The notes under the pieces: model-generated | Databases searched by the model: none | Seen by the model: only the letters and a program-made list of their open reading frames with translations | What the model was told of the DNA's origin: nothing | Program-made: the position numbers and the translations under genes | Origin: Phyllobates terribilis | Lineage: Eukaryota | NCBI RefSeq assembly: GCF_046119375.1 | Contig: NW_027362765.1 | Location: forward strand, 568,912,001 to 568,976,000 | Direction of reading: 5' to 3' | DNA: 64,000 nt | Shown: piece after piece, positions 22,172 through 33,737 of the stretch | Numbering within the stretch: position 1 is the first letter of the stretch | How the letters are laid out: each line of letters opens with the position of its first letter

Positions 22172-23717
22172 TTAGAGAGACATAATGTCTCTGCCAATGC
22201 TCACTGGTCCACGTATCGGTAGTTATGAGAACCTTTTAACTGATGGCATTGCGCAGTGCACCCCTCATTTTGATTGCAACATGTTCATGCAGAGCAGGGA
22301 TGGGGCGCCTGGAAAAGTATTGGCAGCTGGGAAAAACGTACTGAGGTTCTCATGATCACAACATATTGTTATCCCTTTAGAAATCACTTGTAAGGTCAGA
22401 TGTAGAAAATGATATCAAGGGTTTAGGGGATGTACAGCTGAACGCTTCTATGGGTTTGTGTGGAGATGCCTGGCAACAAAGATGGTGGTGGTGCTTTCAC
22501 ATCCTCTCTTTTAGGGGAGCTGGGTGGCCCTTTGGCTTGGGAGCGGCAAAAAGAAGCGGAGATCGCAGCAAAAGAGGGAACAGGAAAAGGCTCATTGCTT
22601 TCCTGATTTTTCAGATATGTACTCAATTGCAGCTTGTGCTTTGCATTCAGATGCTTCGTTATGATGGTAGTGCTCAGGTTAAGAACATTTATGTCTCGCT
22701 CCAGTTTCTGATGGCACAGCGTGCAAACCTCCCATGTATTGTCAGGGAGCTCCTTTTAGTTGGCTTTAGTCTGCTCAGTTCGTCACCACAGTGGCCAGTA
22801 GCAACCATAGTACTGGCTAGGGGCTGCTCACGGTGCTTTTTCACCCTGCTTCCTCATTTGCGGCGCAGCTGGAGTTGTGTGACCACCACTTCTTCCTCCA
22901 AACTGCCCAGATCACTCGGATGGCTTTGACTCTGTGTGGTCTAGGACCACATCATCCCCCCATTGCATTACTACACCTCTAACTCTGCTGCTCTACTAAT
23001 CCACTTCTGTCATCACTACTCCTCCGATTCTCCCCTCTGACAATCCCTTCATTGTCTCCCAATTTTGCAACGTATCCACTTCAAGCACTGACCTACAAAG
23101 TCACACATAATCTGTCTCCCCCATAAATCTCTGAACTAACTTAGATTAACCCCTGCACTTATTAGGGTCAGGAACCTGCTCGGATTCTACTCTGTTCTTC
23201 CCCGAATCCAAAGTAAAAAAATTTTGGGCATCGGTGCAGATGCTTTCCTCCTCTTCTTGACTCTGTGAATGTTTGGAGTACACTTCTGATGCCCATGGTA
23301 TAGAATGAGTGAAGAGTTCTACAGGCTCACCCATCTGTGGTTCGCTACAGTCAGTTGGGCTCTTGGGAAGTTGTGACACGGGGGGAAGCAAGGGTAATTG
23401 GGGTGCCACCTCTGTGGACTGTACTGTGTGTGATGTTGAGGTGGAGGAAGAAGAGGAGAGGCCACTTGAAGCAGCGCTTGCCATCCACTGGAGCACCTGC
23501 TCTTTCTGGCCCTTATCAACAAGGGTATCACTGTGCAGCTGCCAAAGAATGGGAGTGGAGTAGCTCGTCCAGAAACAGAAGTTATCAGTTGTCTTTGGAT
23601 AGGACATGACGGTGTTGGTTCACTAGTGCTTTCACTAACATTACCATCTACAAAACGTATTCCTTGAACACCAAGCCTATTCTACCTTCCACCACGACCT
23701 CTCTTTTTCCCACTCAT
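22172..23717 (-). pseudogene. Degraded hAT transposase, N-terminal part of the older element
   Basis: ATG at 23717 (MSGKKRGRGGR*) and KEQVLQWM...ELFTHSIPW..EV resemble the intact ORF. TDTWTSEHWQRHYVSL(T) runs across the TSD into 11118 and leftwards. Confidence 0.85.
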
Positions 23718-23869
23718 GTTGCTCAGATACTGTAGTAGGAGCAGACTATTAGCTGAACAAAATTAGATTTTTTCCTCGCCAACAGCTTTGCACACACCTG
23801 AATTTCAGCGGCACTAAATGACAAGGTAAGATATGGCTTGCTGTATATTGTTACTAACCAAACAAAATA

Positions 23870-24400
23870 TTTTTTTTACTGTGGATGACGCCTATATAAC
23901 ATAGGAGATTTTCTCCAAACTATTTCAAACTGAGACGTTCCTGCTGTATAGTGTTAGGAACCGAACAAAGTATTTTTTTTACTGGGGATGACGCCTGTAT
24001 AACATAGGAGATATTTTCCAAACTATTTCAAACTAAGATGTCCCTGTTGTATAATGTTAGGAACCGAACAAAGAATTTTTTACTGTGGATGACGCCTTTA
24101 TATAATAGGAGATATTCTCCAAACTATTTCAAACTGAGATGTCCCTGCTGTATAACATTAGAAACCAAACAAAGATTTTTTTTACTGTGGATGAGACCTG
24201 TATAACATAGGAGATATTTTCCAAACTATTTCATACTGAGATGTCCCTGCTGTATAACGTTAGGTACCGAACAAAGTTTTTTTTACTGTGGATGACGCCT
24301 GCATAACATAGGAGATATTCTCCAAACTATTTCAAACTCAGATCTTGACTGCTGTATAACGTTAGCAACAGCAAAAAATAGATTTTTGGACTCTGTACAA
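23870..24400. repeat. ~101-104-bp tandem array (~5 units) upstream of the older transposase ATG
   Basis: ACTG(T/G)GGATGA(C/G)..CT..ATA..ATAGGAGAT recurs at ~23878, 23982, 24082, 24183 and 24284. Confidence 0.85.
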
Positions 24401-25133
24401 GCTCTGAATACAGCTGAATTTCACTACCACTAAACGGACTAGGTGGATTTTAGCAGACTGTATCACGTTTGCCACACAAAAAAATATTTGGACTGTGGCT
24501 AGCAACAGAAAAAAACTGTCTTTTTACTCTGAAAACAGCTGAAGTTCACCGTCACTATCATAGTAGCTGATGTATAGCAGACTGTATGACGTTTGCCACA
24601 CAAAAAAAATCTTTGGTGGACTGTGGTTAGCAACAGAAAAAAAATCTATTTTTTTACTCTGAAAACAGCTGCATTTCACTCACCAAAAAATGACAAACAG
24701 GGCTAACACAGCTTGCACTATCACATTAGCAAATTAAAAAAATATTTTTTTGTGCTCTGCACTTAGAAGCTCTGCACTGACAAGCTCTGCAGTTAGCTGA
24801 ATTTCAAACCCACAAAATCAAAAAGTGGCCCACAAGGGCTTGCTTGCTTGATCACATTAGCAAGTGCAAAAATAGATTGAATGTCTGCATGGAGCACAGA
24901 TAGCACAACCGGTGCACAGCACTGTTCTATGTCATCGGTCCTGCTCTTTCTTTCAGAATCTGAGAAATTGCACAAAACCAAAAGGGGCTGCAAGGTCGAT
25001 TGAACAGGTACACAGCACAGGACTTATCTACACTATCTTACTTCCACAGACGTGCCCATCTATCTAGCTAATATCTCTCAATATACAGGACAGAACACAC
25101 TGAGCAGCGTCTTTCTCCTTCAGTGACATTCAT

Positions 25134-25580
25134 AAAATGGCGCTGAGGGAACATGGCCGTTTTTTATATGGAGAGGACATGTGATTTCAGCAGCCAATTG
25201 CAGAAGCCCTTGTGTCTAGGACACTGTGGATGCTTCCTGCACTCTTTTTTCCTGTAGGCGGTAACTTTAAGTCAAGAAAGCGCGGCTAGCCAATCAAAGA
25301 AAAACAGCGCGCCGCTAATCTGACCTGTTCTGAACTATCGCCAGTCCCCCCAACTCATCTGCCACGCCTCCTCGCTCATCATACACAAGCATTATGCCAG
25401 CAAAACTGTAAACAATTCTGTTGTTTCCGCACGTTACCGTAACGAAATTACGTAACCATGTATATTCGCCGAACGTTACCGATTTTCCAGAATTGAACAA
25501 ATTTTACTTGCCTTTCCGATCACGAATCTGAATGTGCACACGTTTGGAGATCGGATCTCGAACATATTCGCTCATCACTC
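25134..25580 (-). mobile_element. Promoter-like block and hAT terminus of the older element
   Basis: CCAAT/CACATG/TATA/CGCCATTT block at 25134-25198. Terminus ...CGAACATATTCGCTCATCACT at ~25560-25580. No TSD match was found. Confidence 0.55.
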
Positions 25581-25599
25581 ATCATCATCATTATCACTA

Positions 25600-26570
25600 T
25601 CATCAGAGATGGGCTACAATGGTCCACTGACCGTTTGCACTATCCCTCCCACATACACATTTTCAAACAGAACAAGTGGTTGGGCATCAGTGCATTTAAT
25701 CTCTTCCACTTCTGGGGCAAGGCCATATGGATGGCCCACAGAACCACAGCCAACAGAGTAATCAAAAAGCAGAGGTGACTTCTGCATGACTTGGGGCTCA
25801 GACTGCTTGCTTGATTTGCAAGGGGGTGAGTTGAAAAACATATGCACATGGGCCACAGGTGCAAAATCTGCATTTTTAGCAGGGAACCGGGTGGAAGGCA
25901 AAGCGAAGGAACTGAGCGCACTTTCAGCCAACCAATCCAAAACCACCTCTACTGGCCTCACCCTTCATCCAGCAGTACTCAGGCCTACGAAATTACACAG
26001 AACATCCTGTTGCACTACAGAAAGGTGTTTCATTTGGGTGCGTAACAAGCAGCTACACCACTGCAACCAGCAATACGACAATATCCTCCTCATTGTATTC
26101 ACCCCAAAAAATTGCAGAGTATTAAACGGCCTGTATACAGAGAGAGAGTGGCCAGCAGATTATTACACTGACTGTTTTCAGAGTACCCCCCTTAAAGATC
26201 AATAAAACAAAACACAAAAACAGTGTTGGCCACCCCTCTCCTCCTTCACCGCCACCTCCACTTCGACCTCTGTTTCCTGGTTCAAGAATACAATTTTTTC
26301 TCTTTTTTTCTGTTATTTTAAGTCATTTCCCTATCCACATTTGTTAGCAGGGCAATTGTCCTGCTCTTACACCCATTTAGCTTTCTTTTGCCGCCCCCCT
26401 AGCCCTTATTATGACCATTTTACAGCCCTTTTAAAGCACCAAAATTTGGGGTTGCCATTGACTCTTATTGGGTTCGGGTTCTGGGTCAAGTTGGGATTTT
26501 GAATCGAATTTTCAACTGTAGTTCTACCGAACCCGACGAACCCGAACATGCATGGGTCTGCTCATCCCTA
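25600..26570 (-). mobile_element. Further hAT remnant (transposase N-terminal-like piece plus terminus GCTCATCCCTA)
   Basis: EVVLDWL...EEIKCTDAQ resembles EEMICTDAQ in the intact ORF. The terminus at 26560-26570 is a 10/11 inverted match to 7577-7587, but the flanks match only 4/8. Confidence 0.55.
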
Positions 26571-28149
26571 GTGTTTAGTTAACACTATTTTGATCAAAAA
26601 GTATAAAAGTCATCCTACTAAGACAAGATATACCCAATCGGGTGCCACAGCAAAACTGCTGGTTGTTGCTACAAATTAACTTCCCTGCATGTATCTACTG
26701 AGTGAGCAATTTGTTTACTCAGGGTAAAGCTTTTTTGTGTCAAGGGTGGGAAAATTTGAAACCAAAAATTGGTTGTTTTCAAAGTTTATAAATTAAACAT
26801 TATACTTTATCCAAACTGTATGCTAAACCCAAAAGTGTCATGGATGATGGACAAGGCAGTGTGATAGAAAAGAAACTAATATTACAGATAAGAATTAATT
26901 GCTCTTGGCAATAGCGTGAACACCACCAGAAGTGCTGGCATCATCCATCACAACAGTAGTAGTACCAAATACAAGTCAGATTTGGCCTCCTTTCCCTCTG
27001 GCAAGTACACTAGCAGGGAGGAAACCGCGGGCGTAATGGAATTCATGTCCCATCACTCATGTCAATCATAGCAGGATGATGTAGCCTCCATGAGTGACAC
27101 CATTATTTTCAGTCATCTTTTTTCTAAGTCCACATCCTCCACCACTTTAACAATTATTGGTAATGTTGTATATAGTTGAATTTCCAATCGGACACATGTT
27201 TCTGTTGTGCCCCAAAAGTCACCAACACTTAGAATCTTGGGGCTAAGCAACATATTACACCAGAAAAACTTCTTCCAATTGATATTTTGGAAAACATGAG
27301 CAGTCAGCCTTTATTTTTGAAAGACATGGCACTGGAGTAGATGTAAGGTGAGGTGGTAGGGACACTATGGTAGTGGCACTCTGAGCCGGGGAAAACCTCA
27401 GGGTGAGAATCAGGAGTGGGGGTGGGGCAAATGCAGGCTCTTCAAGAGGAAAGTAAGTCATGGACATCTCAGCTCTTAGAGACTAAGAACAACGGTTCTC
27501 CATCAGTACATGAAGGGACTTCACCAGTCCATTTGGGAAAGTCAAGCCAATGAGCAATCAGAGCAAAACTCAAGTTGTCCTTCTCCCCCCTTCTTGCCCA
27601 ACTCATCTTTCTGTCAGTCAAGCCACACGCATAGGTAGTACCTATTTGGTTATCATGACGACCATTATCACTGTCATTGTCCCCTCCTGTTTTATAATCT
27701 GCGTACGCCTCATCCGTCATCAAAATAACAAATATACATTGTCGATTATTTAGTAAGGAAACAAACATACACTCCTGTTCATCCACTGGTATGCCAACTA
27801 AACTCACGTTATGTTGTTGGTGGTGCAATTGCTGCCTTATCACCTTGTGGATTCTGCTACCTTGCTCTTAGCCTTGCTGGAAGATACCAAGGTGCCATTA
27901 TTTCTCACATGAAAGGGTGAAAAAGTGCCTGCTCATGTACAGGAGAATATAGGCCGCTCTCTTGGCTTCTCTTTGGACTCCAAAGTAAACTGCACTATAG
28001 ATGCCTGAAGCAGCAATAATGGCAAGGGACGATACATGAGCTTCATATCTCATTAAATAAATGTTTTAATTGGAGAAACCTCATCGACCGGGAGCGATTA
28101 TCTGTCTCCTTCAACACTCCCTCTAGGTCCTATTTACTGATACAACCCC

Positions 28150-28520
28150 ATAACCAAGAGACATAGGGCACACTTAGTACTTGCTTTAAGTGCATGTAAG
28201 GCAAAGAGCTGCCAAACAGTTTTACAGATTGAAAGTCTGGGGAAAAAAGCCACATAGCAGAAGAGTTTCTGTTGTGCATCAAGCGGCAACTTGCTTGCTA
28301 ACTGACTCCTTGTAAACTGCAACTAGGCATTGTCGTGAGTGACAAAACCTATAACATTGTAGCTGTCTTACGATCAGGCAAAATAACACACACTCAATGC
28401 ATGGCCCACGTCCTGAATTTAATAGTGCAAGATTTCTTTCACAAATATAAAAGCTTGAAAAAGATGGTGGCTATAACCAGAAAAGTGTCACCCCATTCCA
28501 ATAGGTCATATGTGACAAAG
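28150..28520 (+). pseudogene. hAT transposase fragment
   Basis: LGIVVSDKTYNIVAVLRSGKITHTQCMAHVLNLIVQDFF contains the second catalytic D and the CxxH motif. Confidence 0.8.
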
Positions 28521-30268
28521 CACACAATCATGAACTGCCAAATCACCACCTCGTTTGAGACATCACAACCTTCTTGAATTTGACATTGAATATGTTGTAG
28601 TATTTGTATTAAGAGAAAGAAGAGGAGCTGCAATAGGTGAAATTTGAGGAAGACATAGACTTTGCTCAGGCAGGGAATGATATTTACAGACCGAAAATGA
28701 TGATGACTATGACACAGGCCTTGACAACCAAGTCTTGCAGTGAGGTTAAGACATTGAAACAACAGAGCTCCTTGGATAATTTTTGGAAGGCTTAATAAAA
28801 TACATTTGTATTTGCTTAAAAATTTTGTGATTCACAAAGCCAGTTGCAGACCGCTTAAAAGGGATTTTTTTTATTTCTGTTTAAGAAGCCAAAACTTATT
28901 CACATTTAATGACATTTGACCATGTTAGTAAGAAACCAACATGTAAAGAAGAATTGGCTTATTTGGTTGTGTGATATAGTAGATTATATTTCAGCTTTTA
29001 ATCTTATTTACAGTATTTGCCATAAAGCATAGAGTACCATTTTCATTAGAAGTGTTAAGGACTATGAAGATCTTTAACAATGGCATTTTTTGCCAATGGT
29101 CCTCTTATCTGTCCTTGCTCTCAGGTTGTCTAAATCTTTTTTTAATGGGATAGAAGAAGAAAATGTATTAAAGTAACTCTATATAACTATTACTCTTACC
29201 ACCACTCTAGAGGTCATTGTTGTTACAGTATTGCTGTCACATACATTTTTTTCATAGTAATACCTCATTTAATTGTGGCTTTTAGAGATGTCGCTTGCAT
29301 GCATGAGATGCAGGTGTTGAACAGATAATCAACTATTACTCTATTAATTAATCTCTTAATTATATTCTATTAGAAAAACATTTTTTAATTATTATTATGT
29401 ACAAATGTCAGATGTCTATTCCAAAGGCAGTTTTCATAAACTCTTAGAACCTTACCACATCTGTCCTTAGGTGAGCAATAAGAGTAAAAAGGGTGCCTTC
29501 AAAGAGACTAAACAAGGAGTAAAGGAACTTTCTCACATGGTAAATCCAAATTAAACTGTTGATAAGGTATCACCAAAGTTAGCAAAGCACTACCATAACA
29601 TCAAAGCTCATCCTCCTTTGCCATTAAGAGCAAGCTTTGCGCACATCTACGCTATTTTCTTGGCAGAATTATCAAAGATGAATACCCAAATTGTACCGGT
29701 TTAACCTAATTTTATTTGACCTACTTTGGTTCAAACCACACCATTGTGTTGTACTGCAATTTTGAAAAAAATCTTGTAAAAAACAACAAAGTGCAAATAG
29801 ACTAAGTACTAAAATAAAATAAAATCACTGAACAATAAGAGTTTCACACCACTATCCTTTAGATTATTTGAAAATGTATTGAATAAAGCCATCTAATGCA
29901 AAATTAATATCACTTATGCAATATATGAATAGCAGGTCCTATCATTCTAATCAGTATTTCTCAACTGAGAAATTATCATTCATATTGATAGGATTACAAA
30001 TGCATAATGGGGAAATGGAGATTGACTCACAACAGATAATACTTTCCTATAGCTCCTGCATAACAATTTTTCTAATAGTATGCACCCAGTACTTAATAGT
30101 TAATAAAGTTAATTGAAGGTTTAAATTGTAAAATGTGTAATCAAATTAACTTAGTCAGACTAACCTTTAGGCAAGTGTACAAGTGTAGAATTCCTAATTA
30201 ATGAGACATATCACATGCTAGATTATCAGACTGGATCGTCACAGTTTTGTAGATAACTGTATGGTAAA

Positions 30269-31151
30269 TAGAGATGAGTGGATCTTTTGAAATTCAAATT
30301 CCCTGACTTCGCCAAATTTTCCTCCAAAAAATTTGATTTGCCAAAAATAAATTTGTGCAAATCTCAGTTATTGTAAAGCTTGTAATTGCTAGGAAAATAC
30401 ACATGGGAGTAGAGGATAGAACCATACTGACCCCAAGAGCTTACACTATAGACAAGAAAGTGAGGAGTCTACTGGCCATAAGAGCTTACACTCAACATGA
30501 GAGAGCCCCTCTGATCATAAGAGCTTACTCTCAACAGTAGAGAAAAAGGACCCGGCTAATCTTAAAGGTGCTGTCCACTCCTAGGACAAACCCTCCTCGA
30601 TGTGAATGTTTAGCACCATAAAACAAAAAAGCTTATATTCACATCCAATGCTCTCGTGTGGTTGTTATGACACGGCGCCCAATCGCCACTGGCATCACTG
30701 ATCCTGCCTTCAAGCAAATTGAACATTAGGAGGAAATGAAAGCAGCCGCAGCCGTAACTTCCTCTTGATGTTTGATTTGTCCAAAGGAGGGGATATTGAC
30801 GCAAGTGGCGATTGGGTGCCGGGCTCACGTGTAATAACAGCTGCACAAGAGCCCTGGGAACGCGAGTGCCAATGCTGCTGGAACGGTGCCACCACGGGAG
30901 GTGAGTATAAACTTTTTTATTTTATCATGGCCAAATGTGGAGTATGAGAAGGAGTTGTCCAAGTAGTGGAAAACTTCTTTAAGAGCTTACACTACATGCA
31001 AGAGAGGGAGTGGAAGGATCCCTACATCATAAGAACTTACACTCTACATGCAAGAGTCAGAGACAGAAGACCCTGCTGATCATAAAAGCTTCTGAATTTC
31101 AGGAAACTGAAGTCAAACTCGATCCTTCATGGATTGTTATGCTCATCTCTA
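30269..31151. mobile_element. hAT-type MITE with a nested T2/Kolobok-type MITE (30566-30978)
   Basis: TAGAGATGAG...GCTCATCTCTA termini with flanks ATGGTAAA/ATTATAAA (6/8). The inner element is flanked by TTAA (30562-30565, 30979-30982) with AGGTGCTGTCCAC...GTGGAAAACTTCT ends. Confidence 0.7.
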
Positions 31152-31349
31152 ATTATAAAATTTACTGATATGGATTTACGGAAAAATAGCTCAAAATAAA
31201 ATATAATTATTAAACTACATACCTACTCGTGCTTTTCAGCATCATAAAAAGGTTTCATTGCTCAGAACCCCCTTATGATAAAAGCAACTTCTGTTCTAGT
31301 GAACTCAATTTGACCTGCAGGAAATTTCTTAAAAAGAATCTGACATCAT

Positions 31350-32067
31350 TAGAGTAGTGGATCGATCTGCATAGGATCAAGTTGGAGTAGAATATATTGA
31401 AACTCACGGTTTCATGCATAATTGAACATTTTGAGATTTGATTTGCGATAAAAAAAAACTTGGCACCAATGCTAACACTTCTGAAGTATCAGAGAGCGGG
31501 CTAATATTTTTTCATTGCTCCCTGAGCCTCCTCAATGCTCTGCAGCTATGACATATTACAGATTATCATACCTTTTATAGGGGAGGGAAAGGTCAGTACC
31601 TTGGCCATTACAGATCAGTGGTTCCCAGTGGAGCACAGTTTGTATGGCAAAGTTGTTTTCCTCCCTTCAGAGTCACTCTCCTGTAGAGTCTGAGCTCTTG
31701 TAGTTAACAGGGTCCTCGTTTTCTTTCTCCGGTAGAGTGTAAGCTCTTATGGTCAGCACTGTCCTTTATCTGTAGAGTATAAGCTTTTATGGTCAGCTGG
31801 CTCCCCTGTTTCTCACCTGTAATTTTTTATCTTTTATAGTTAGTGGGGTCCCCTCTTTCTCTATCTTTCTTACCTGTAAAGAGTAAGCTCTTATGATCAG
31901 TAGGGTTCCATTTCTCTTTCCACTCCCCCACGTTTATTTTCTGACCAATTGCAAGCTTTCTAGTATTGAGATTTGTGCACATTTATTCGCTATAAATTAC
32001 ATTATCATGGAAAATCCAGTAAATTCAAATTTAATCTGTAGTCATCACTTTCGTGCAGTTCTCTCTA
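31350..32067. mobile_element. Degenerate hAT-type MITE related to 30269-31151, in opposite orientation
   Basis: AGTGTAAGCTCTT repeats are the reverse complement of the AAGAGCTTACACT repeats at 30430-31050. Termini are degraded. Confidence 0.45.
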
Positions 32068-32244
32068 AAATGGTGAAATATTTGATGGTTTAAGTATTCT
32101 GTCTGTTAAAGATAAAGATAACTATACTACCCCTTAACAGATTGAAATTATGCACTTATTGTATGTCTTTCGCCTTCAAAGGGGTGGTATAATTATCTTT
32201 ATCTTTACAACTTGAACGTGTATTAATTACTCTTGATACATACA

Positions 32245-32513
32245 CAGGCTCGGACTGGCCCACAGGGGAACAGTAGAATCCTCCGGTAGGCTCCTGTGAA
32301 TGACTGCTAATAAGTAGTGCTATTACACTTGATTCACAATTTGCATAAAAATGCTTCTAATCATTCATTAAACAAGCTAGCCAAATTAATATTATATAGA
32401 AGCAAAAATAAATTGTGTACTATGGTCAGGTTACTTATTTTTGCAAGTAGTTGAACAGTGGGCCCCAAGAGTCAATGGTACTGGTGGGTCTTTGCCAATC
32501 CAGTCCAATGCTA
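32245..32513. mobile_element. Small hAT-type MITE
   Basis: CAGGCTCGGACTGG...CCAGTCCAATGCTA termini. 8-bp TSD TACATACA/TACATATA (7/8). Confidence 0.7.
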
Positions 32514-33737
32514 TACATATACCTTTGATTATCTACCCTATTTCTTTACCCTAATATTTTTTGCAATGGAGTTTAAAGCTAAGTAGTAGTATGTTATTAA
32601 TAATGGTTATATCTAGTTGATGCTCCTATCTACTACTATTGCTATAGACATTTTTCCTGCAATTCTATTCCACCTACTTCCTAATTTCACCAATTGTTTT
32701 TATGTAATCTGGAATAGTGAGAGGGCAATACCAAGGTGAGCTAGGGAAAGTCACTGTTGAGTGGGGGAGACACACATCTTGTATCTTAGGGTGCCAACCT
32801 CTGCAGATACGTAGTATCAGTATCAGACATTCAAAGAGGGCATTACAAGTATCTGGTAGTGTCTAATTTTGCATGTTTGTACCTCATAGATACACAGGTG
32901 TTTATTTTAAAATACACAGGTATTAGTGTTGTTTAATTCTTTATTAAAATTAGGTTTTTAAAGGATTATATGTTCACGCAATAATTTTTCTCCCTTCATA
33001 AGATCAGTACTTTTCAAACACTTCCTGGTAGTGAGAGAGAGAAGTGCCTTGACAAGTTCAAGTCCAGTTGGCTACTAGGGTCAGCATGTGTCTACCATTC
33101 GAGGCAGTGGGATGCCATACTGGAATCCGGAGCGTACTCCGTGGCGCCCATAGCTCAAGGTCTGACATAGGGGCTGCCAGGCACATCATGTCATTTTGCA
33201 TACAAGGGAAGATGGACAGGGGCCCACCAAGACGGATGGTAATGGATCCCGGGTGCACTGCCAAAGGGCAAGGGAGATTCCTGAAGCTAACGGCCAGTTG
33301 GCGAAGGGATGTTCAAGCAGGAGTGATTGGTAGGGCAGAAGATTTTTTTGTTAAGAAAGTAAGGAATATGAAGTGCTGTGCCTAATCCCATGTGTTACCA
33401 CTTGATGAACTTGAGCTGACTTTCAAATGTTTCTTGTTGCAATGAACTTGGTATCCCCTTTATTGTGTCCGGCGGCTTCTGAGGATAAAAATCTGAAGAC
33501 AGCAGAGGCCTGCGGCCTACAAGTGAGTGTGATGCACCCCACACCTGACAGCATACTGAGACTGTTTTCCTGTAAAGTGCCAGAGTGTAACCGGCAGCAG
33601 CACGGTCATGGGTTTCGTTTCCGCGTACTTTACAACTGCTGAGATAGGTATTTTGCTAAAAAAAATAGCATTAAATAATAGAATTAAAAATCACTTCTTA
33701 ACAATGGAAAGGATTTTTAATAATATGATAATTTTAA

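Noticed and set aside
7577-26570. A single hAT element bounded by 7577 and 26570
   Set aside because: The termini match 10/11 but the flanks match only 4/8, and another terminus at ~25580 competes, so the pairing is unresolved.
26850-27850. Possible BED-finger or N-terminal hAT remnant upstream of the 28150 fragment
   Set aside because: Too degraded to read diagnostic motifs by eye.
29430-29476. Possible non-coding first exon (CATAAA…CTTAG|GTGAGC) for the candidate gene
   Set aside because: The donor is only ~30 nt from the TATA-like motif, leaving almost no exon, and it is >11 kb from the ATG with no other support.
33040-33390. GC-richer patch that might be a DIRS or other retroelement remnant
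   Set aside because: No recognisable motif in any frame.
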